The notes: generated by a model not told the origin, from the sequence alone. A DNA stretch of 64,000 nucleotides from Parcubacteria group bacterium LiPW_41 (GCA_007375535.1 VMEM01000002.1:84265-148264), one strand, 5' to 3'. Positions 27,070 to 38,092 are shown, counted from the stretch's first letter. Made by a program: numbers and translations.

Positions 27070-29184
27070 ATGTCACGACAATATCCAATTGAACGTACTC
27101 GCGATGTAGGAATTATCGCACACATCGATGCTGGGAAAACCACTGTTTCTGAGCGTATTTTATATTACACAGGGGTTTCTCATAAGATTGGTGAGGTGCA
27201 CGAGGGAGAGGCAACTATGGACTGGATGGATCAGGAGCGTGAGCGTGGTATCACTATTACTGCTGCTGCAACAACTTGTTTTTGGTCTCCTTCTTATTAT
27301 CCAGAGGAAGAGCGAAAAACGCACGAACATCGAATCAACCTCATCGATACTCCAGGGCACATCGACTTTACTATTGAAGTAAAGCGATCGCTCCGTGTAC
27401 TTGATGGTGCGGTGGTTGTGTTTGATGGTGTGTCAGGTGTTGAACCACAATCAGAGACGAACTGGAGATATGCTGATGATTATAACGTTCCCCGAATGTG
27501 CTTTATAAACAAGCTCGATCGTATGGGAGCAAGTTTCGATAATAGTTTTGCTTCAATTCTTGAGCGTTTAACCCCAAATGCACTTCCTATTCAATATCCA
27601 ATTGGTTTGGAAGAAAATTTCAAAGGAGTTATCGACGTATTAACACTTAAAGCGTATGGATCGGAAGGAGAGAAAGGAGAAAAAATTATTGAGATTCCAA
27701 TTCCTGAAGAATATAAAGCAAAAGTAGAAAAAATGCATCGTGAAGCAGTTGAACGAATTTGTGAGACTGATGATGTGCTTATTGCAAAATTCCTTGATGG
27801 AGTAACGCCAACACTTGCAGAATTAAAAGCTGCACTTCGTAAGGCAACACTCGCAGTAAAACTTATTCCAGTACTTTGTGGATCAGCGTTGAAGAACAAG
27901 GGTGTTCAGTTGATGCTTGATGCGGTAATTGATTATATGCCATCGCCAATCGATCTTCCTCCAGTAAAAGGAATGAATCCTGATACTCATGTTGAAGAGG
28001 AGAGACATCCAAATGACAATGAGCCACTTTCAGCACTTGCATTCAAAGTTGCAACTGATCCGTTCGTTGGTTCGCTCACATTCTTCCGTGTTTATTCAGG
28101 AACACTTAAAAAAGGAAGTTATATTTTAAATACCAGTAAAAATTCACAGGAGCGTATTGGACGTATTATGCGTATGCATGCGAACCATCGTGAAGAAGTA
28201 GATGAGATCCATGCTGGTGATTTGGGAGCGCTTGTTGGACTTAAAAATACTACTACGGGAGACACACTTACGAATCCAGAGAATCCAATTATTTTGGAAC
28301 GTATTACATTCCCAGAGCCAGTTATCTTCGTTCGTATTGAACCAAAAACGAAAGCAGACCAAGAAAAAATGGGTATTGCACTTCGTAAACTTGGAGAAGA
28401 AGATCCAACATTTAAAGTTTCAGGAAATGCAGAAACAGGGGAGACAATTATCGGTGGAATGGGAGAGCTTCACCTCGATGTGCTTGTTGAGCGTATGCGT
28501 CGTGAATTTAAAGTTGAGGCAAACGTAGGACGACCACAGGTTGCATACAAAGAAACAATTAAGAATCACGCAGAAGCAGAAGGAAAATATATTCGTCAAT
28601 CTGGAGGTAAGGGTCAGTACGGTCACGTGAAATTGAAAGTTGATCCAATGGAACGCGGTGCAGGATTTGAATTTGTTGATGAAATTAAGGGAGGTGTTAT
28701 TCCACAGGAATATATTGCACCAACTGAAAAAGGTGTTAAGGAAGCATTGGAACGCGGTGTGCTTGCGGGATATCAGCTCGTTGACCTTAAGGTTACATTG
28801 TATGATGGATCATTCCACGAAGTTGACTCATCAGAATTCGCGTTTAAAATCGCAGCATCAATGGCATTACAAGAAGCAACCAAGCTTGCAAAACTTGTGC
28901 TCTTGGAACCGGTAATGAAAGTGCAGGTTATTGCACCATCTGATTTCTTGGGAGACGTTACGGGGGACTTGAGCTCACGACGAGGAAAAATTTCTGCAAT
29001 GGGAGAGCGTGGGAATCTTCGTATTGTGGATGCGATGGTGCCACTCGCTGAAATGTTTGGATATGTCACCAACCTTCGATCATTCACACAGGGACGTGGA
29101 AGCTTCAATATGGAATTTTCGCACTATGATGAGGTTCCAAACAATGTTGCTCAAACAATCATTGAAGGAAGACAGAAGAAATAA
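27070..29184 (+). CDS. fusA: Elongation factor G
   Basis: [21 protein letters not shown]...[13 protein letters not shown]; 704 aa. Followed by the terminator aaaaaaacaggggatgaccccctgtttttg at 29211-29240. Confidence 0.95.
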   Translation: MSRQYPIERTRDVGIIAHIDAGKTTVSERILYYTGVSHKIGEVHEGEATMDWMDQERERGITITAAATTCFWSPSYYPEEERKTHEHRINLIDTPGHIDFTIEVKRSLRVLDGAVVVFDGVSGVEPQSETNWRYADDYNVPRMCFINKLDRMGASFDNSFASILERLTPNALPIQYPIGLEENFKGVIDVLTLKAYGSEGEKGEKIIEIPIPEEYKAKVEKMHREAVERICETDDVLIAKFLDGVTPTLAELKAALRKATLAVKLIPVLCGSALKNKGVQLMLDAVIDYMPSPIDLPPVKGMNPDTHVEEERHPNDNEPLSALAFKVATDPFVGSLTFFRVYSGTLKKGSYILNTSKNSQERIGRIMRMHANHREEVDEIHAGDLGALVGLKNTTTGDTLTNPENPIILERITFPEPVIFVRIEPKTKADQEKMGIALRKLGEEDPTFKVSGNAETGETIIGGMGELHLDVLVERMRREFKVEANVGRPQVAYKETIKNHAEAEGKYIRQSGGKGQYGHVKLKVDPMERGAGFEFVDEIKGGVIPQEYIAPTEKGVKEALERGVLAGYQLVDLKVTLYDGSFHEVDSSEFAFKIAASMALQEATKLAKLVLLEPVMKVQVIAPSDFLGDVTGDLSSRRGKISAMGERGNLRIVDAMVPLAEMFGYVTNLRSFTQGRGSFNMEFSHYDEVPNNVAQTIIEGRQKK

Positions 29185-29241
29185 AGATAGGAGTTAGAGC
29201 GTAGATGAATAAAAAAACAGGGGATGACCCCCTGTTTTTGA

Positions 29242-29862
29242 TTAGATGTTTTTAACCCGCTTAACGAATTCAAAAATCTCATTTTTCTTTTCGCCCTGAT
29301 ATTTTCCTAATTTTCTCAATACGTATTCTTTCAGGTCAGTTTGTGAATGAAGTTTGATGAGTTCAAGAATTCTGTTTTGTGCTTCTGGAGATGAAGCCTC
29401 TTCGACCGATTCTGCAAGTTGAATAAGTGTATCAATATTTGTTATACCAACTTTTTTTATCATAGCTAGATCGGTTAATGTGTATCCACCTTTGTTGCGT
29501 TTTGCAAAAATAATAGCGTCTGTGAGTTTTTGTTGCTGTTCCGCGGTATCTCCGGAAATTCCATTGATAATTGTGATTGGGGGTTCTTTTATTTCCATAA
29601 ACAAAAAATCAAATACCTCACAATCACTTTCGCCTTGTTGATCTAAAAGTGAACACAATGAAAGTGTTACAGGAGAATTGATTATGCAGAGGAGTCTTAA
29701 AACTCTTTTTTCATTTTTGAGAATTTTTTTGATTTGTTCCTTTTCGTCAGTGGTTGCATTTTTTAATAGCCTCACTATTCCTGGAATTGCAGAGAACGAT
29801 GTTCCTGATTTGAACAGAGCAATATGTTTTTCAAAACTTTCAACTAACTTACTTTTTTCCAT
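29242..29862 (-). CDS. Hypothetical protein inserted between fusA and tuf
   Basis: ORF only. Confidence 0.45.
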   Translation of the reverse strand: MEKSKLVESFEKHIALFKSGTSFSAIPGIVRLLKNATTDEKEQIKKILKNEKRVLRLLCIINSPVTLSLCSLLDQQGESDCEVFDFLFMEIKEPPITIINGISGDTAEQQQKLTDAIIFAKRNKGGYTLTDLAMIKKVGITNIDTLIQLAESVEEASSPEAQNRILELIKLHSQTDLKEYVLRKLGKYQGEKKNEIFEFVKRVKNI

Positions 29863-29966
29863 TATTTCCTCTATTTATTTGTGAATGTTGGGTGTATTAA
29901 ACTACTTTCTGCAATTATAGTCAAATAATTTGTGATACTTCAAAAAATCGGTATAATTCTATTTAT

Positions 29967-30695
29967 ATGGAGAAAAAGATTATTATTAGTGCAATTGTTG
30001 GATTTTTAGTGGGGGTAGGGGCATATTTTTTATTTGTCTCACCATCAACGGTTGAAAATGGAGAAATAGATTCTGATTCAGTTGTGGTTGATACAGCAAC
30101 ATCATCAGATTTAAAAGTTACCGTAGAATCTAAAAAATTCTATACAGCTGATGTAAGGAGCACGACAATAACACTGTACAATGGTGAAAAGAAAAGCGGG
30201 GTGATAAATGCAGGCTCAGGAGATACATTTGTTTCTGCATTTGCGATTGAAAAAACAGGAGATCGTTTTTTTGTAGTGGTAAAACATAATGATTCTTCAA
30301 TTGATTTTGGAATTCTTACCTCAGAAAATCAGAAATTTGAGATGCTTACCAAGGAAAGTGGAATAAAGAATATTGTTGATGGGGTGGTGTTTTCACCTCA
30401 GAAACAGTATGCAGCCTTTCAATATCTTCGTGATCAGGGAGAATGCAAAAAAGATCTAATGCTCGCAGTGGTAAGTTTGAAGGATGGGAAAATCTCGGTT
30501 CCAGAAATAAAGCGATCGTATGAAATTGGAACGGGAAAACTTCAGGCAGAGATGGGTGGATATCGATTTGATGGAGATGAGATATTGCAGTTTATGGATA
30601 TGCCACGCGCATGTGACAACGCAGGGGATTATAATGCGCAAAAATATTATTCTTGGAATATTAAAACAGGAGAATCGAAAGTGATGGAGTTCTAG
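29967..30695 (+). CDS. Hypothetical membrane-anchored or secreted protein inserted between fusA and tuf
   Basis: N-terminal TM segment IIISAIVGFLVGVGAYFLFV. Confidence 0.45.
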   Translation: MEKKIIISAIVGFLVGVGAYFLFVSPSTVENGEIDSDSVVVDTATSSDLKVTVESKKFYTADVRSTTITLYNGEKKSGVINAGSGDTFVSAFAIEKTGDRFFVVVKHNDSSIDFGILTSENQKFEMLTKESGIKNIVDGVVFSPQKQYAAFQYLRDQGECKKDLMLAVVSLKDGKISVPEIKRSYEIGTGKLQAEMGGYRFDGDEILQFMDMPRACDNAGDYNAQKYYSWNIKTGESKVMEF

Positions 30696-30856
30696 AATTT
30701 TCTAGTGTGATATACTGAGACAGTAGACTATATACCTACAATTCTAAGTGTAGGGATTGACATTTTTCGCGGAATACGCGAAGATAGTCCTTGTCTAGAA
30801 AAACTAAATTAGAGGTCGAAAATCTAATAAAAAAATAAAAAAACTCATTTTTATAC

Positions 30857-32056
30857 ATGGCAGAAAAAGAAAAATTCCAGCGTACCAAACCACACGTAAA
30901 CATTGGTACAATCGGACACGTTGACCACGGGAAGACAACTCTTACCGCGGCTATTACCAACGTATTATTCAAGAAAGGTCTTGCAAAGAAAGCAGAAGGA
31001 GTCGACAACATTGATAATGCTCCAGAAGAGAAGGCACGTGGTATCACCATTGCACTTCACCACTCAGAGTACGAGTCAGAAACCCGTCACTATGCACACA
31101 TTGATGCACCAGGACACGCTGACTATATCAAGAACATGATCACCGGTGCGGCTCAGATGGATGGTGCAATCCTCGTGGTTGCAGCAACCGATGGACCGAT
31201 GCCTCAGACTCGCGAGCACATATTGCTTGCACACCAAGTCGGAGTACCAAAAATCGTAGTATTTTTGAACAAGTGCGATATGGTTGACGACCCAGATCTT
31301 ATTGATCTCGTTGAATCAGAAGTTCGTGAACTTTTGAGCAAGTACGAATATGATGGAGATAATACTCCTGTCATCCGTGGTTCAGCTCTTAAGGCGCTTG
31401 ATGCAAAGGATTTAGAAGATTCAGCAGTACAGCCAATCATTGATCTTATTAAAGCTTGTGACACTTGGATTCCAGAACCAGTTCGTGAGACAGAAAAGCC
31501 ATTCCTTATGCCAATTGAAGATATTTTCTCAATTGAAGGACGTGGAACAGTATGTACCGGACGTGCAGAGCGTGGAGAATTAAAAGTAAACGAAGAAGTT
31601 GAAATCGTTGGTCTTCGCCCAACCGTGAAAACAGTTGCAACCGGAATCGAAATGTTCCAGAAGCTTCTTGATTCAGCACGAGCAGGAGATAACGTAGGTA
31701 TTCTTCTCCGTGGACTTAAAAAGGAAGATGTGGAGCGCGGACAGGTTATTTGTAAACCAGGTTCAGTAACCCCACACACCGAATTCACCGCAGAGGTATA
31801 TATTCTTTCGAAAGAAGAAGGTGGACGACACACCCCATTTTTCAAGGGATACAAGCCACAGTTCTATATCCGAACCACTGACGTAACCGGAGAGGTTATC
31901 CTCCCAGAGGGAACCGAAATGGTAATGCCAGGAGATACCGTATCAATCACTGTTAAACTCATTGCACCAGTTGCACTTGAAGAGAAGCAGAGATTTGCAA
32001 TCCGCGAAGGAGGCAAGACGGTAGGTGCAGGTTCAGTAACCAAAATATTAAAATAA
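30857..32056 (+). CDS. tuf: Elongation factor Tu
   Basis: [24 protein letters not shown]...; 399 aa. Confidence 0.95.
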   Translation: MAEKEKFQRTKPHVNIGTIGHVDHGKTTLTAAITNVLFKKGLAKKAEGVDNIDNAPEEKARGITIALHHSEYESETRHYAHIDAPGHADYIKNMITGAAQMDGAILVVAATDGPMPQTREHILLAHQVGVPKIVVFLNKCDMVDDPDLIDLVESEVRELLSKYEYDGDNTPVIRGSALKALDAKDLEDSAVQPIIDLIKACDTWIPEPVRETEKPFLMPIEDIFSIEGRGTVCTGRAERGELKVNEEVEIVGLRPTVKTVATGIEMFQKLLDSARAGDNVGILLRGLKKEDVERGQVICKPGSVTPHTEFTAEVYILSKEEGGRHTPFFKGYKPQFYIRTTDVTGEVILPEGTEMVMPGDTVSITVKLIAPVALEEKQRFAIREGGKTVGAGSVTKILK

Positions 32057-32077
32057 GCTAAAGACGCTTGATCAGTT

Positions 32078-32404
32078 ATGGCAAAAGAGCAACTTCAAAA
32101 AGAAAAATTACGCCTTCGCATTAAATCTTACGATGCACGACTTATTGATAGTTCGGCGCGTCAGATTGTCGAGGCAATCAAGCGACAAGGAGGGGAGGTG
32201 GTGGGTCCAATTCCTCTTCCTACTGAATTTAAAAAATATTCAGTAAATCGATCGACCTTCGTACACAAGAAGTCAGTAGATCAATTTGAGCTTCGCGTGC
32301 ACAAGCGACTTATCGATATCTTAAACCCCCAGCAGAAAATTATTGAGTCATTGACTGATTTAAACCTTCCTGCCGGAGTAGATGTAGAAATAAAAATGAG
32401 TTAG
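32078..32404 (+). CDS. rpsJ: 30S ribosomal protein S10
   Basis: LRIKSYDARLIDSSARQIVEAIKRQGGEVVGPIPLPT. Followed by the terminator aaaaatcccccctcccgggggatttttg at 32405-32432. Confidence 0.9.
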   Translation: MAKEQLQKEKLRLRIKSYDARLIDSSARQIVEAIKRQGGEVVGPIPLPTEFKKYSVNRSTFVHKKSVDQFELRVHKRLIDILNPQQKIIESLTDLNLPAGVDVEIKMS

Positions 32405-32510
32405 AAAAATCCCCCCTCCCGGGGGATTTTTGATAGGAAATTAGACTATTTTTGATATATTGACTTTTTATCAGTTTTGGTGTAGAATCTGAACAATACT
32501 TAACAATTTA

Positions 32511-32717
32511 GTGAGGATCGTTATGTTGAATAGTAAGTCTGAACCATTTAATGAAAGAGATTTCAGATTTAAAACAATGTTAGCAGCGGTGTTGTTCTTA
32601 TTGGTATTTCAGATTGGAAAAAATTGTTTTGATCTGGCGAAAACAATAACAATAAAAAATCCTACTACTGTTGAAATAAGAAAAATTCCGCCAGGAAAAT
32701 TTGGAATTTGGAAATAA
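32511..32717 (+). CDS. Small hypothetical membrane protein inserted between rpsJ and rplC
   Basis: 68-aa ORF flanked by terminators; the downstream one is cgaccccttcggggtctttttttt at 32721-32744. Confidence 0.3.
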   Translation: MRIVMLNSKSEPFNERDFRFKTMLAAVLFLLVFQIGKNCFDLAKTITIKNPTTVEIRKIPPGKFGIWK

Positions 32718-32758
32718 CTTCGACCCCTTCGGGGTCTTTTTTTTACCTTTAAAAGCGA

Positions 32759-32862
32759 GTAATTCCTGTATTTTAGGAATATCCCGCAGACGACGAAGGT
32801 CGTCGAGGGAAAAGAAAATTTTCAGCAGAAAATTATTCTGGTTCCTAAAATACAGGAATTGC
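32759..32862 (+). repeat. 19-bp perfect inverted repeats flanking a 62-nt spacer with internal hairpins. Candidate structured RNA (r-protein leader) or MITE-like element
   Basis: aattcctgtattttaggaa (32761-32779) is the reverse complement of ttcctaaaatacaggaatt (32842-32860). The spacer contains cgacgaaggtcgtcg and gaaaattttc. Confidence 0.4.
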
Positions 32863-32973
32863 AAGTGAAACCTTGACTTAATTGACCCCTTCGGATATTA
32901 TTAACAGCGGTTTAACCTAATGAAACTTATGTAGCAACAGTTTCTAACTGTTGTTTTCATATGAAACAGGTCT

Positions 32974-33405
32974 ATGAAAACATACGCGAAAAAAATAAAG
33001 ATGACGCAGATCTGGAAGGAAAACGGGACCGTTGTGCCCGTGACGCCACTTCTCTTAACTGGAGAAGATTTTGACGCAGTCCTTTCTGAACTCAAAGAGG
33101 GAGATCTCGTCTCTGTATCAGGAACAAGTCGTGGAAAGGGTTTCCAGGGTGTTGTAAAGCGCCATGGTTTCCATGGAGGGCCAAAAACACACGGACAGAA
33201 GGATCGCCTTCGAGCCCCTGGTTCTTTGGGTCCAACAGCACCACAACGTGTGCTTCCAGGACGAAAAATGGCAGGACATACAGGAAACGTACGGGTTACC
33301 GTCCGTAATCTTTTAGTCGCAAAAATAATGCCCGAAGAAAAGACAGTGATGGTTCGTGGAGCAGTTCCAGGTCATCGTGGCAAACAAGTTGAAATACAGA
33401 AATAA
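32974..33405 (+). CDS. rplC: 50S ribosomal protein L3, shortened to 143 aa by an internal deletion of about 55 aa relative to E. coli
   Basis: [19 protein letters not shown]...[32 protein letters not shown]...GRKMAGHTG. Confidence 0.8.
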   Translation: MKTYAKKIKMTQIWKENGTVVPVTPLLLTGEDFDAVLSELKEGDLVSVSGTSRGKGFQGVVKRHGFHGGPKTHGQKDRLRAPGSLGPTAPQRVLPGRKMAGHTGNVRVTVRNLLVAKIMPEEKTVMVRGAVPGHRGKQVEIQK

Positions 33406-33409
33406 ACAT

Positions 33410-34024
33410 ATGAACATTGACGTATTCAATCAATCACACGAGAAGGTAGGAGAAGTAACAGTATCCAAGGCCTTTGAAGCAAAATGGAATCCTGATCTCG
33501 TACATCAAGTAGTTGTCGCATATCTTGGAAACAAGCGTGCACCACTCGCACATGTAAAAGATCGCAGTGAGGTTCGTGGTGGAGGAAAGAAGCCATATGC
33601 ACAGAAGCACACAGGTCGTGCTCGTCATGGATCTTCACGTTCTCCAATCTGGTCTGGTGGAGGTATTACTCACGGCCCACGTTCTGATGAGAAGAATTTT
33701 GAAAAGAAAATAAACAAGAAGATGAAGAAAGGTGCATTGAATGCAGCGCTTTCAAAGAAAAATACTGATGGAGAAATCCTTGTAGTTGATTCACTCAAGT
33801 TTGAGGCAAAGAAAACAAAGTCAGTTGCAGAAATGTTTAAGAAATTCTTTACTCGAAAACCAAGTGTTTTAATTATCACTTCAAAAGAAAATAAGACAGT
33901 ATTTCAGGCAGCACGAAATATTCCAAAAACACACATTATGCGCGTATCTGAATTGAACGTGTTTGATGTTATGAATCACAAAGTCGTAATGTTTGAGAAA
34001 GAAGCAATTGAAGCGGTGAAATAA
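33410..34024 (+). CDS. rplD: 50S ribosomal protein L4. The ORF track starts at 33356, inside rplC
   Basis: HVKDRSEVRGGGKKPYAQKHTGRARHGSSRSPIWSGGGITHGPR. Confidence 0.9.
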   Translation: MNIDVFNQSHEKVGEVTVSKAFEAKWNPDLVHQVVVAYLGNKRAPLAHVKDRSEVRGGGKKPYAQKHTGRARHGSSRSPIWSGGGITHGPRSDEKNFEKKINKKMKKGALNAALSKKNTDGEILVVDSLKFEAKKTKSVAEMFKKFFTRKPSVLIITSKENKTVFQAARNIPKTHIMRVSELNVFDVMNHKVVMFEKEAIEAVK

Positions 34025-34032
34025 TTTTAACT

Positions 34033-34410
34033 ATGGCACTATTCAACAAAACAACTAAAAAAGCTGAGGTAGCTCAAACAGCAGAAGCGACGAAAGAAGT
34101 AGTAAAGAAAGTATCAACAGCACCAGTAGGTGGACATGCAGTTCGTTCCGTTTTGGTTCGCCCACACGCAAGTGAAAAAGCATATGGACTTCACGGAGTG
34201 AATACCTATGTGTTTTATGTAAGTAAAGATGCAAATAAGACGTTGGTAAAAGAAGAAGTTTCACGACGCTACAATGTAAAAGTGGTGAAAGTAAATATGA
34301 TCACTGACCACGGAAAAGTAAAACACTATCGTGGACGTGAGACAAAAGCAAAGGTTGCAAAGAAAGCAATGGTTACCCTTAAAAAAGGTGACAAGATTGA
34401 AATTGTATAA
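34033..34410 (+). CDS. rplW: 50S ribosomal protein L23
   Basis: VLVRPHASEKAY...YVFYVSKDANKTLVKEEVSRRYNVKVVKVN. Confidence 0.9.
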   Translation: MALFNKTTKKAEVAQTAEATKEVVKKVSTAPVGGHAVRSVLVRPHASEKAYGLHGVNTYVFYVSKDANKTLVKEEVSRRYNVKVVKVNMITDHGKVKHYRGRETKAKVAKKAMVTLKKGDKIEIV

Positions 34411-34412
34411 GT

Positions 34413-35240
34413 ATGAAGCAGTATAAACCAACAACGCAGTCACGACGACACATGTCAGTAGTTGATTATTCAAAGGTTTCAAAAGAGGGACCAATGAAGA
34501 AAGCAACAAAGCGTTTGAAGACTCACGCAGGAAGAAATTCACAGGGACGCATTACAATGCGCCATCAGGGTGGAGGAAACAAGAAACTCTATCGTGAAAT
34601 TGATTTCAAGCAGATGAAGAAAGGAGTTCCAGGGAAAATTGAGACGATTGAATACGATCCATATCGCAGTGCGTTTATTGCTCGTGTTTCATACAAAGAT
34701 GGAGATCGTAGATATATTCTTGCACCAAATGCATTGAAAGTTGGAGATACAATTATTTCAGGAGATGATGCATTGATCGCACCAGGAAATCGCACGTCAC
34801 TTAAGAGAATTCCAGTGGGAACATTTGTGCACAATATTGAAATCACTCCAGGAAAAGGAGGACAGATTGCTCGTTCAGCGGGAAATAGTGTACAGGTGCT
34901 CGCAAATGAAAATGGATACACACAACTTAAAATGCCTTCAGGAGAAATTCGAAAGGTACTTTGGGATTGTTATGCAACAATTGGAGTAGTTTCAAACCCA
35001 GAATATTCATTGGTAAATAGCGGAAAGGCAGGACGATCACGATGGTTGGGAATTCGCCCTACTGTTCGCGGAAAAGCAATGAACCCACGTGACCATCCGT
35101 ATGGAGGAGGAGAAGGAAGTCAGCCACGAGGAACAAAGAGACCAAAGACAAAATGGGGAAAGGTAACTGGTGGAAAGAAAACAAGAAACAAAAAGAAGTG
35201 GTCGAACAAGCTTGTGGTACGTCGTCGAGTAAAGAAATAA
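34413..35240 (+). CDS. rplB: 50S ribosomal protein L2
   Basis: GRNSQGRITMRHQGGG; KFRSL...; HPYGGGEG. Confidence 0.95.
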   Translation: MKQYKPTTQSRRHMSVVDYSKVSKEGPMKKATKRLKTHAGRNSQGRITMRHQGGGNKKLYREIDFKQMKKGVPGKIETIEYDPYRSAFIARVSYKDGDRRYILAPNALKVGDTIISGDDALIAPGNRTSLKRIPVGTFVHNIEITPGKGGQIARSAGNSVQVLANENGYTQLKMPSGEIRKVLWDCYATIGVVSNPEYSLVNSGKAGRSRWLGIRPTVRGKAMNPRDHPYGGGEGSQPRGTKRPKTKWGKVTGGKKTRNKKKWSNKLVVRRRVKK

Positions 35241-35298
35241 ACTTGCCGATTTCGATAAATACAAGTATACTAATCAGCGCTTTACAGAAATTACATAT

Positions 35299-35604
35299 AT
35301 GAGTCGTTCAGCACAAAAAGGACCTTGGGTTGATCCCAAATTATTAAAGAAGATTTCGAAACTCACGCAGGGTGACCGAACGGTCATTAAAACCTGGTCA
35401 AGAGATTCAGAAATTTCCCCAGAAATGGTGGGGTTCGTGTTTGGGATACACAATGGAAAGGATTTTGTTGAGGTGACGATTGGGGAAGACATGGTGGGAC
35501 ACCGTTTGGGAGAGTTTTCTCTTACACGAAAATTTGCAAAGCATGGAGGAAAAATGCAGCGTGATCTTGAAAAGAAGGCGCCAGCAAAAGCCCCAGCAAA
35601 ATAA
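35299..35604 (+). CDS. rpsS: 30S ribosomal protein S19
   Basis: SAQKGPWVDPKLLKKI...FVFGIHNGKDFVEVTI...MVGHRLGEFSLTRKFAKHG. Confidence 0.9.
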   Translation: MSRSAQKGPWVDPKLLKKISKLTQGDRTVIKTWSRDSEISPEMVGFVFGIHNGKDFVEVTIGEDMVGHRLGEFSLTRKFAKHGGKMQRDLEKKAPAKAPAK

Positions 35605-35616
35605 ATTTGAACAATT

Positions 35617-36114
35617 ATGGAAACGATATCAGCAACATTAAGGAATTTGAGAATCGCACCGCGTAAATCGCGGTTGGCGGTTAATGTAATTAAAGGGCTT
35701 TCAGCGAATGAGGCAGAGGCACAATTGTCGCTTTCTCCACGACGCTCGAAAGATTATTTACTTCGTCTTTTGCGTAGCGCAATTGCAAATGCAGAAAATA
35801 ACAAAAAAATTCCTGTAACTCGCTTGTTCGTCAAAAACGTAATTGTAAATCAAGGAACTAAAATGAAGCGTGGAACTCCACGTGCACGAGGAAGTATGGC
35901 ACTTATCGAAAAGAAGATGAGTCACGTAACAATTGTGCTTGGAGTAAATGAAGAATCAAAAGATAAGAAATTTGCTATTCAAGAGGTGAAAAAGGTAAAG
36001 AAAGGAGCATCAAAAGGAAAGAAAGTAGTAAAGAGCGAAGATTCTCACGCAGATAAGGCAGCGAAAGCAAAGAAAGGTGCGGCACAAAAAACGTTCCAAA
36101 GAAAATCAGTATAA
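35617..36114 (+). CDS. rplV: 50S ribosomal protein L22 with a Lys/Ala-rich C-terminal extension
   Basis: ATLRNLRIAPRKSRLAVNVIKGLSANEA. Confidence 0.9.
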   Translation: METISATLRNLRIAPRKSRLAVNVIKGLSANEAEAQLSLSPRRSKDYLLRLLRSAIANAENNKKIPVTRLFVKNVIVNQGTKMKRGTPRARGSMALIEKKMSHVTIVLGVNEESKDKKFAIQEVKKVKKGASKGKKVVKSEDSHADKAAKAKKGAAQKTFQRKSV

Positions 36115-36115
36115 T

Positions 36116-36799
36116 ATGGCACAAAAAGTAAACCCAAATGCATTTCGTCTTGGAGTTACCACGACTTGGTCAAGCCGTTGGTTTTTGAATAAAAATACAA
36201 AATTCTTCCTTGAAGAAGATCTTGCAATTCGTGAGTTTATCCGTGAGCGTTTGAAAGAAGCAGGAATTGTTTCAATTGATATTGAACGTGCAAGCGACAC
36301 AATTCGTGTTTCAATTCGAGCAGCTCGTCCAGGACTTATTATTGGACGTGGTGGAAAAGGAATTGAAGAGATGAAAGAGAAATTACTTCGCAGTTTGAAG
36401 AAACTTCGAGTAGCGAACAATATTCCAACAAATTTTGCATTCAATTTAAATGTTGAAGAGTTGAAGCGTACTGAAATTGCTTCTGCAGTAGTTGGTCAGC
36501 AAATTGCGACCGATTTGGAGCGACGTCAACCATATCGAAAATTGATGAAGCGAGCAATCGAAAATGCGATGCAAAATCGTGATATTAAGGGAATCAAAAT
36601 TAAGCTTTCAGGCCGTTTGAATGGTGCTGAAATTTCAAGAACTGAATGGCTTGCAAAAGGAAGAATGCCACTTTCAACACTTCGTGCAAATATTGATTAT
36701 GCGGAGGCAACTTCGTTTAATTCATATGGAACGATTGGAATTAAAGTATGGTTATACAAAGGCGAGATATTTGATGCAAAAGCAAAACCAAGAAAATAA
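36116..36799 (+). CDS. rpsC: 30S ribosomal protein S3. The ORF track starts at 36077
   Basis: MAQKVNPNAFRLGVTTTWSSRWF; KH domain. Confidence 0.9.
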   Translation: MAQKVNPNAFRLGVTTTWSSRWFLNKNTKFFLEEDLAIREFIRERLKEAGIVSIDIERASDTIRVSIRAARPGLIIGRGGKGIEEMKEKLLRSLKKLRVANNIPTNFAFNLNVEELKRTEIASAVVGQQIATDLERRQPYRKLMKRAIENAMQNRDIKGIKIKLSGRLNGAEISRTEWLAKGRMPLSTLRANIDYAEATSFNSYGTIGIKVWLYKGEIFDAKAKPRK

Positions 36800-36801
36800 A
36801 T

Positions 36802-37221
36802 ATGTTGCAGCCAAAGAAACAAAAACATAGAAAGATGCAGAAAGGACGCTCAAAAAAGCGCATGGTTGAGACTCGTGGAATAAGGCTTTCGTATGGTACG
36901 TATGGGTTGCAAGCAACTGAGGCAGCATGGGTAACCGCACAACAGATTGAAGCAGGAAGAAAAGCAATTGCACACTCGATGAACCGTGAAGGAAGAATGT
37001 GGATTCGTATTTTCCCAGATAAGCCAATAACAAAGCTTCCTCCAGAAGTAACCTTGGGAGGAGGAAAGGGAGAAGTTGATCACTACGTATTCCCTGTTCG
37101 TCCCGGAAGAATTCTTTATGAAATTGATGGAGTGAAAGATACGGTCGCACGACGAGCTCTTACGATGGCGGGACATAAGATGCCGATAACAACGAAAATC
37201 ATTAGTAGGGAAACTAAATAG
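36802..37221 (+). CDS. rplP: 50S ribosomal protein L16
   Basis: MLQPKKQKHRKMQKGR... Confidence 0.9.
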   Translation: MLQPKKQKHRKMQKGRSKKRMVETRGIRLSYGTYGLQATEAAWVTAQQIEAGRKAIAHSMNREGRMWIRIFPDKPITKLPPEVTLGGGKGEVDHYVFPVRPGRILYEIDGVKDTVARRALTMAGHKMPITTKIISRETK

Positions 37222-37266
37222 TGCCGAAAGGACACACAAAAGGTTCCGAAAAAGGATAACATTTGT

Positions 37267-37479
37267 ATGAAGAAAAATCAGTTACAAGAAAATAAAACAA
37301 AAAATTCAGCCGAATTAACGAAAGAACTCGGTGTTCTTCGCGCAAAATTAAGTGGAATGAAATTTGATCTTGCTGCGGGGAAGAGTAACGCGGTAAAAGA
37401 AATTCGAGCGACAAAGAAATTAATTGCGCAGATGCTTACCATCTTGCATGAAAGGTCAGTAAAGGAATCAAGTCAATAA
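37267..37479 (+). CDS. rpmC: 50S ribosomal protein L29
   Basis: ELTKELGVLRAKLSGMKFDLAAGKSNAVKEIRATKKLIAQMLTIL. Confidence 0.85.
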   Translation: MKKNQLQENKTKNSAELTKELGVLRAKLSGMKFDLAAGKSNAVKEIRATKKLIAQMLTILHERSVKESSQ

Positions 37480-37483
37480 ATAT

Positions 37484-37711
37484 ATGAGAAAATTAAAAGG
37501 AACAGTAGTAAGTGACAAGATGAATAAGACTCGTGTGATTGAGGTAACCAGACTTAAGAAGCATGCGAAATATGAAAAGTTTTATCGTGTATCAACTCGT
37601 TTTAAAGCACATGATGAAAACAATGAGTATAAGACAGGCGATATGGTAATCATTCAAGAAACTCGTCCTATTTCAAAAGATAAGCGATGGGCAATTGTTG
37701 GAAAAATTTAA
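37484..37711 (+). CDS. rpsQ: 30S ribosomal protein S17
   Basis: KGTVVSDKMNKTRVIEVTRLKKHAKYEKF. Confidence 0.9.
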   Translation: MRKLKGTVVSDKMNKTRVIEVTRLKKHAKYEKFYRVSTRFKAHDENNEYKTGDMVIIQETRPISKDKRWAIVGKI

Positions 37712-37720
37712 AGTACACAT

Positions 37721-38086
37721 ATGATACAAGAACGATCAATTTTAAGAGTAGCAGACAATAGCGGTGGAAAAACCGTACGTTGTTTTCGTGTACTTGGAGG
37801 AAGCCGACGCCGATATGCTCGTGTGGGTGATTTAATTGTTGCATCAGTGCAAACCGCAGAACCAAGAAAAGCAGTAAAAAAGAAAGATGTAGTACGTGCG
37901 GTAGTAGTGCGACAACATGCTCCAATGCGACGCGCAGACGGATCATATATTCGATTTGATGACAATGCAGTAGTAATACTTGATAAAGGCCAACCAAAAG
38001 GAACGCGTATTTTCGGTCCTATTCCACGCGAGGTGAAAGAATGTGGATATGATTCGATTGCGTCGCTCGCAGAAGATTTAGTGTAA
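37721..38086 (+). CDS. rplN: 50S ribosomal protein L14
   Basis: [17 protein letters not shown]. Confidence 0.95.
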   Translation: MIQERSILRVADNSGGKTVRCFRVLGGSRRRYARVGDLIVASVQTAEPRKAVKKKDVVRAVVVRQHAPMRRADGSYIRFDDNAVVILDKGQPKGTRIFGPIPREVKECGYDSIASLAEDLV

Positions 38087-38092
38087 AACAAT

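Noticed and set aside
27128-29197. Multiple ORFs of 60-110 aa on both strands inside fusA, and similar ones inside tuf, alaS, topA, groEL and the ribosomal genes
   Set aside because: They are embedded in highly conserved genes whose frames are certain; they are shadow or alternative-frame ORFs.
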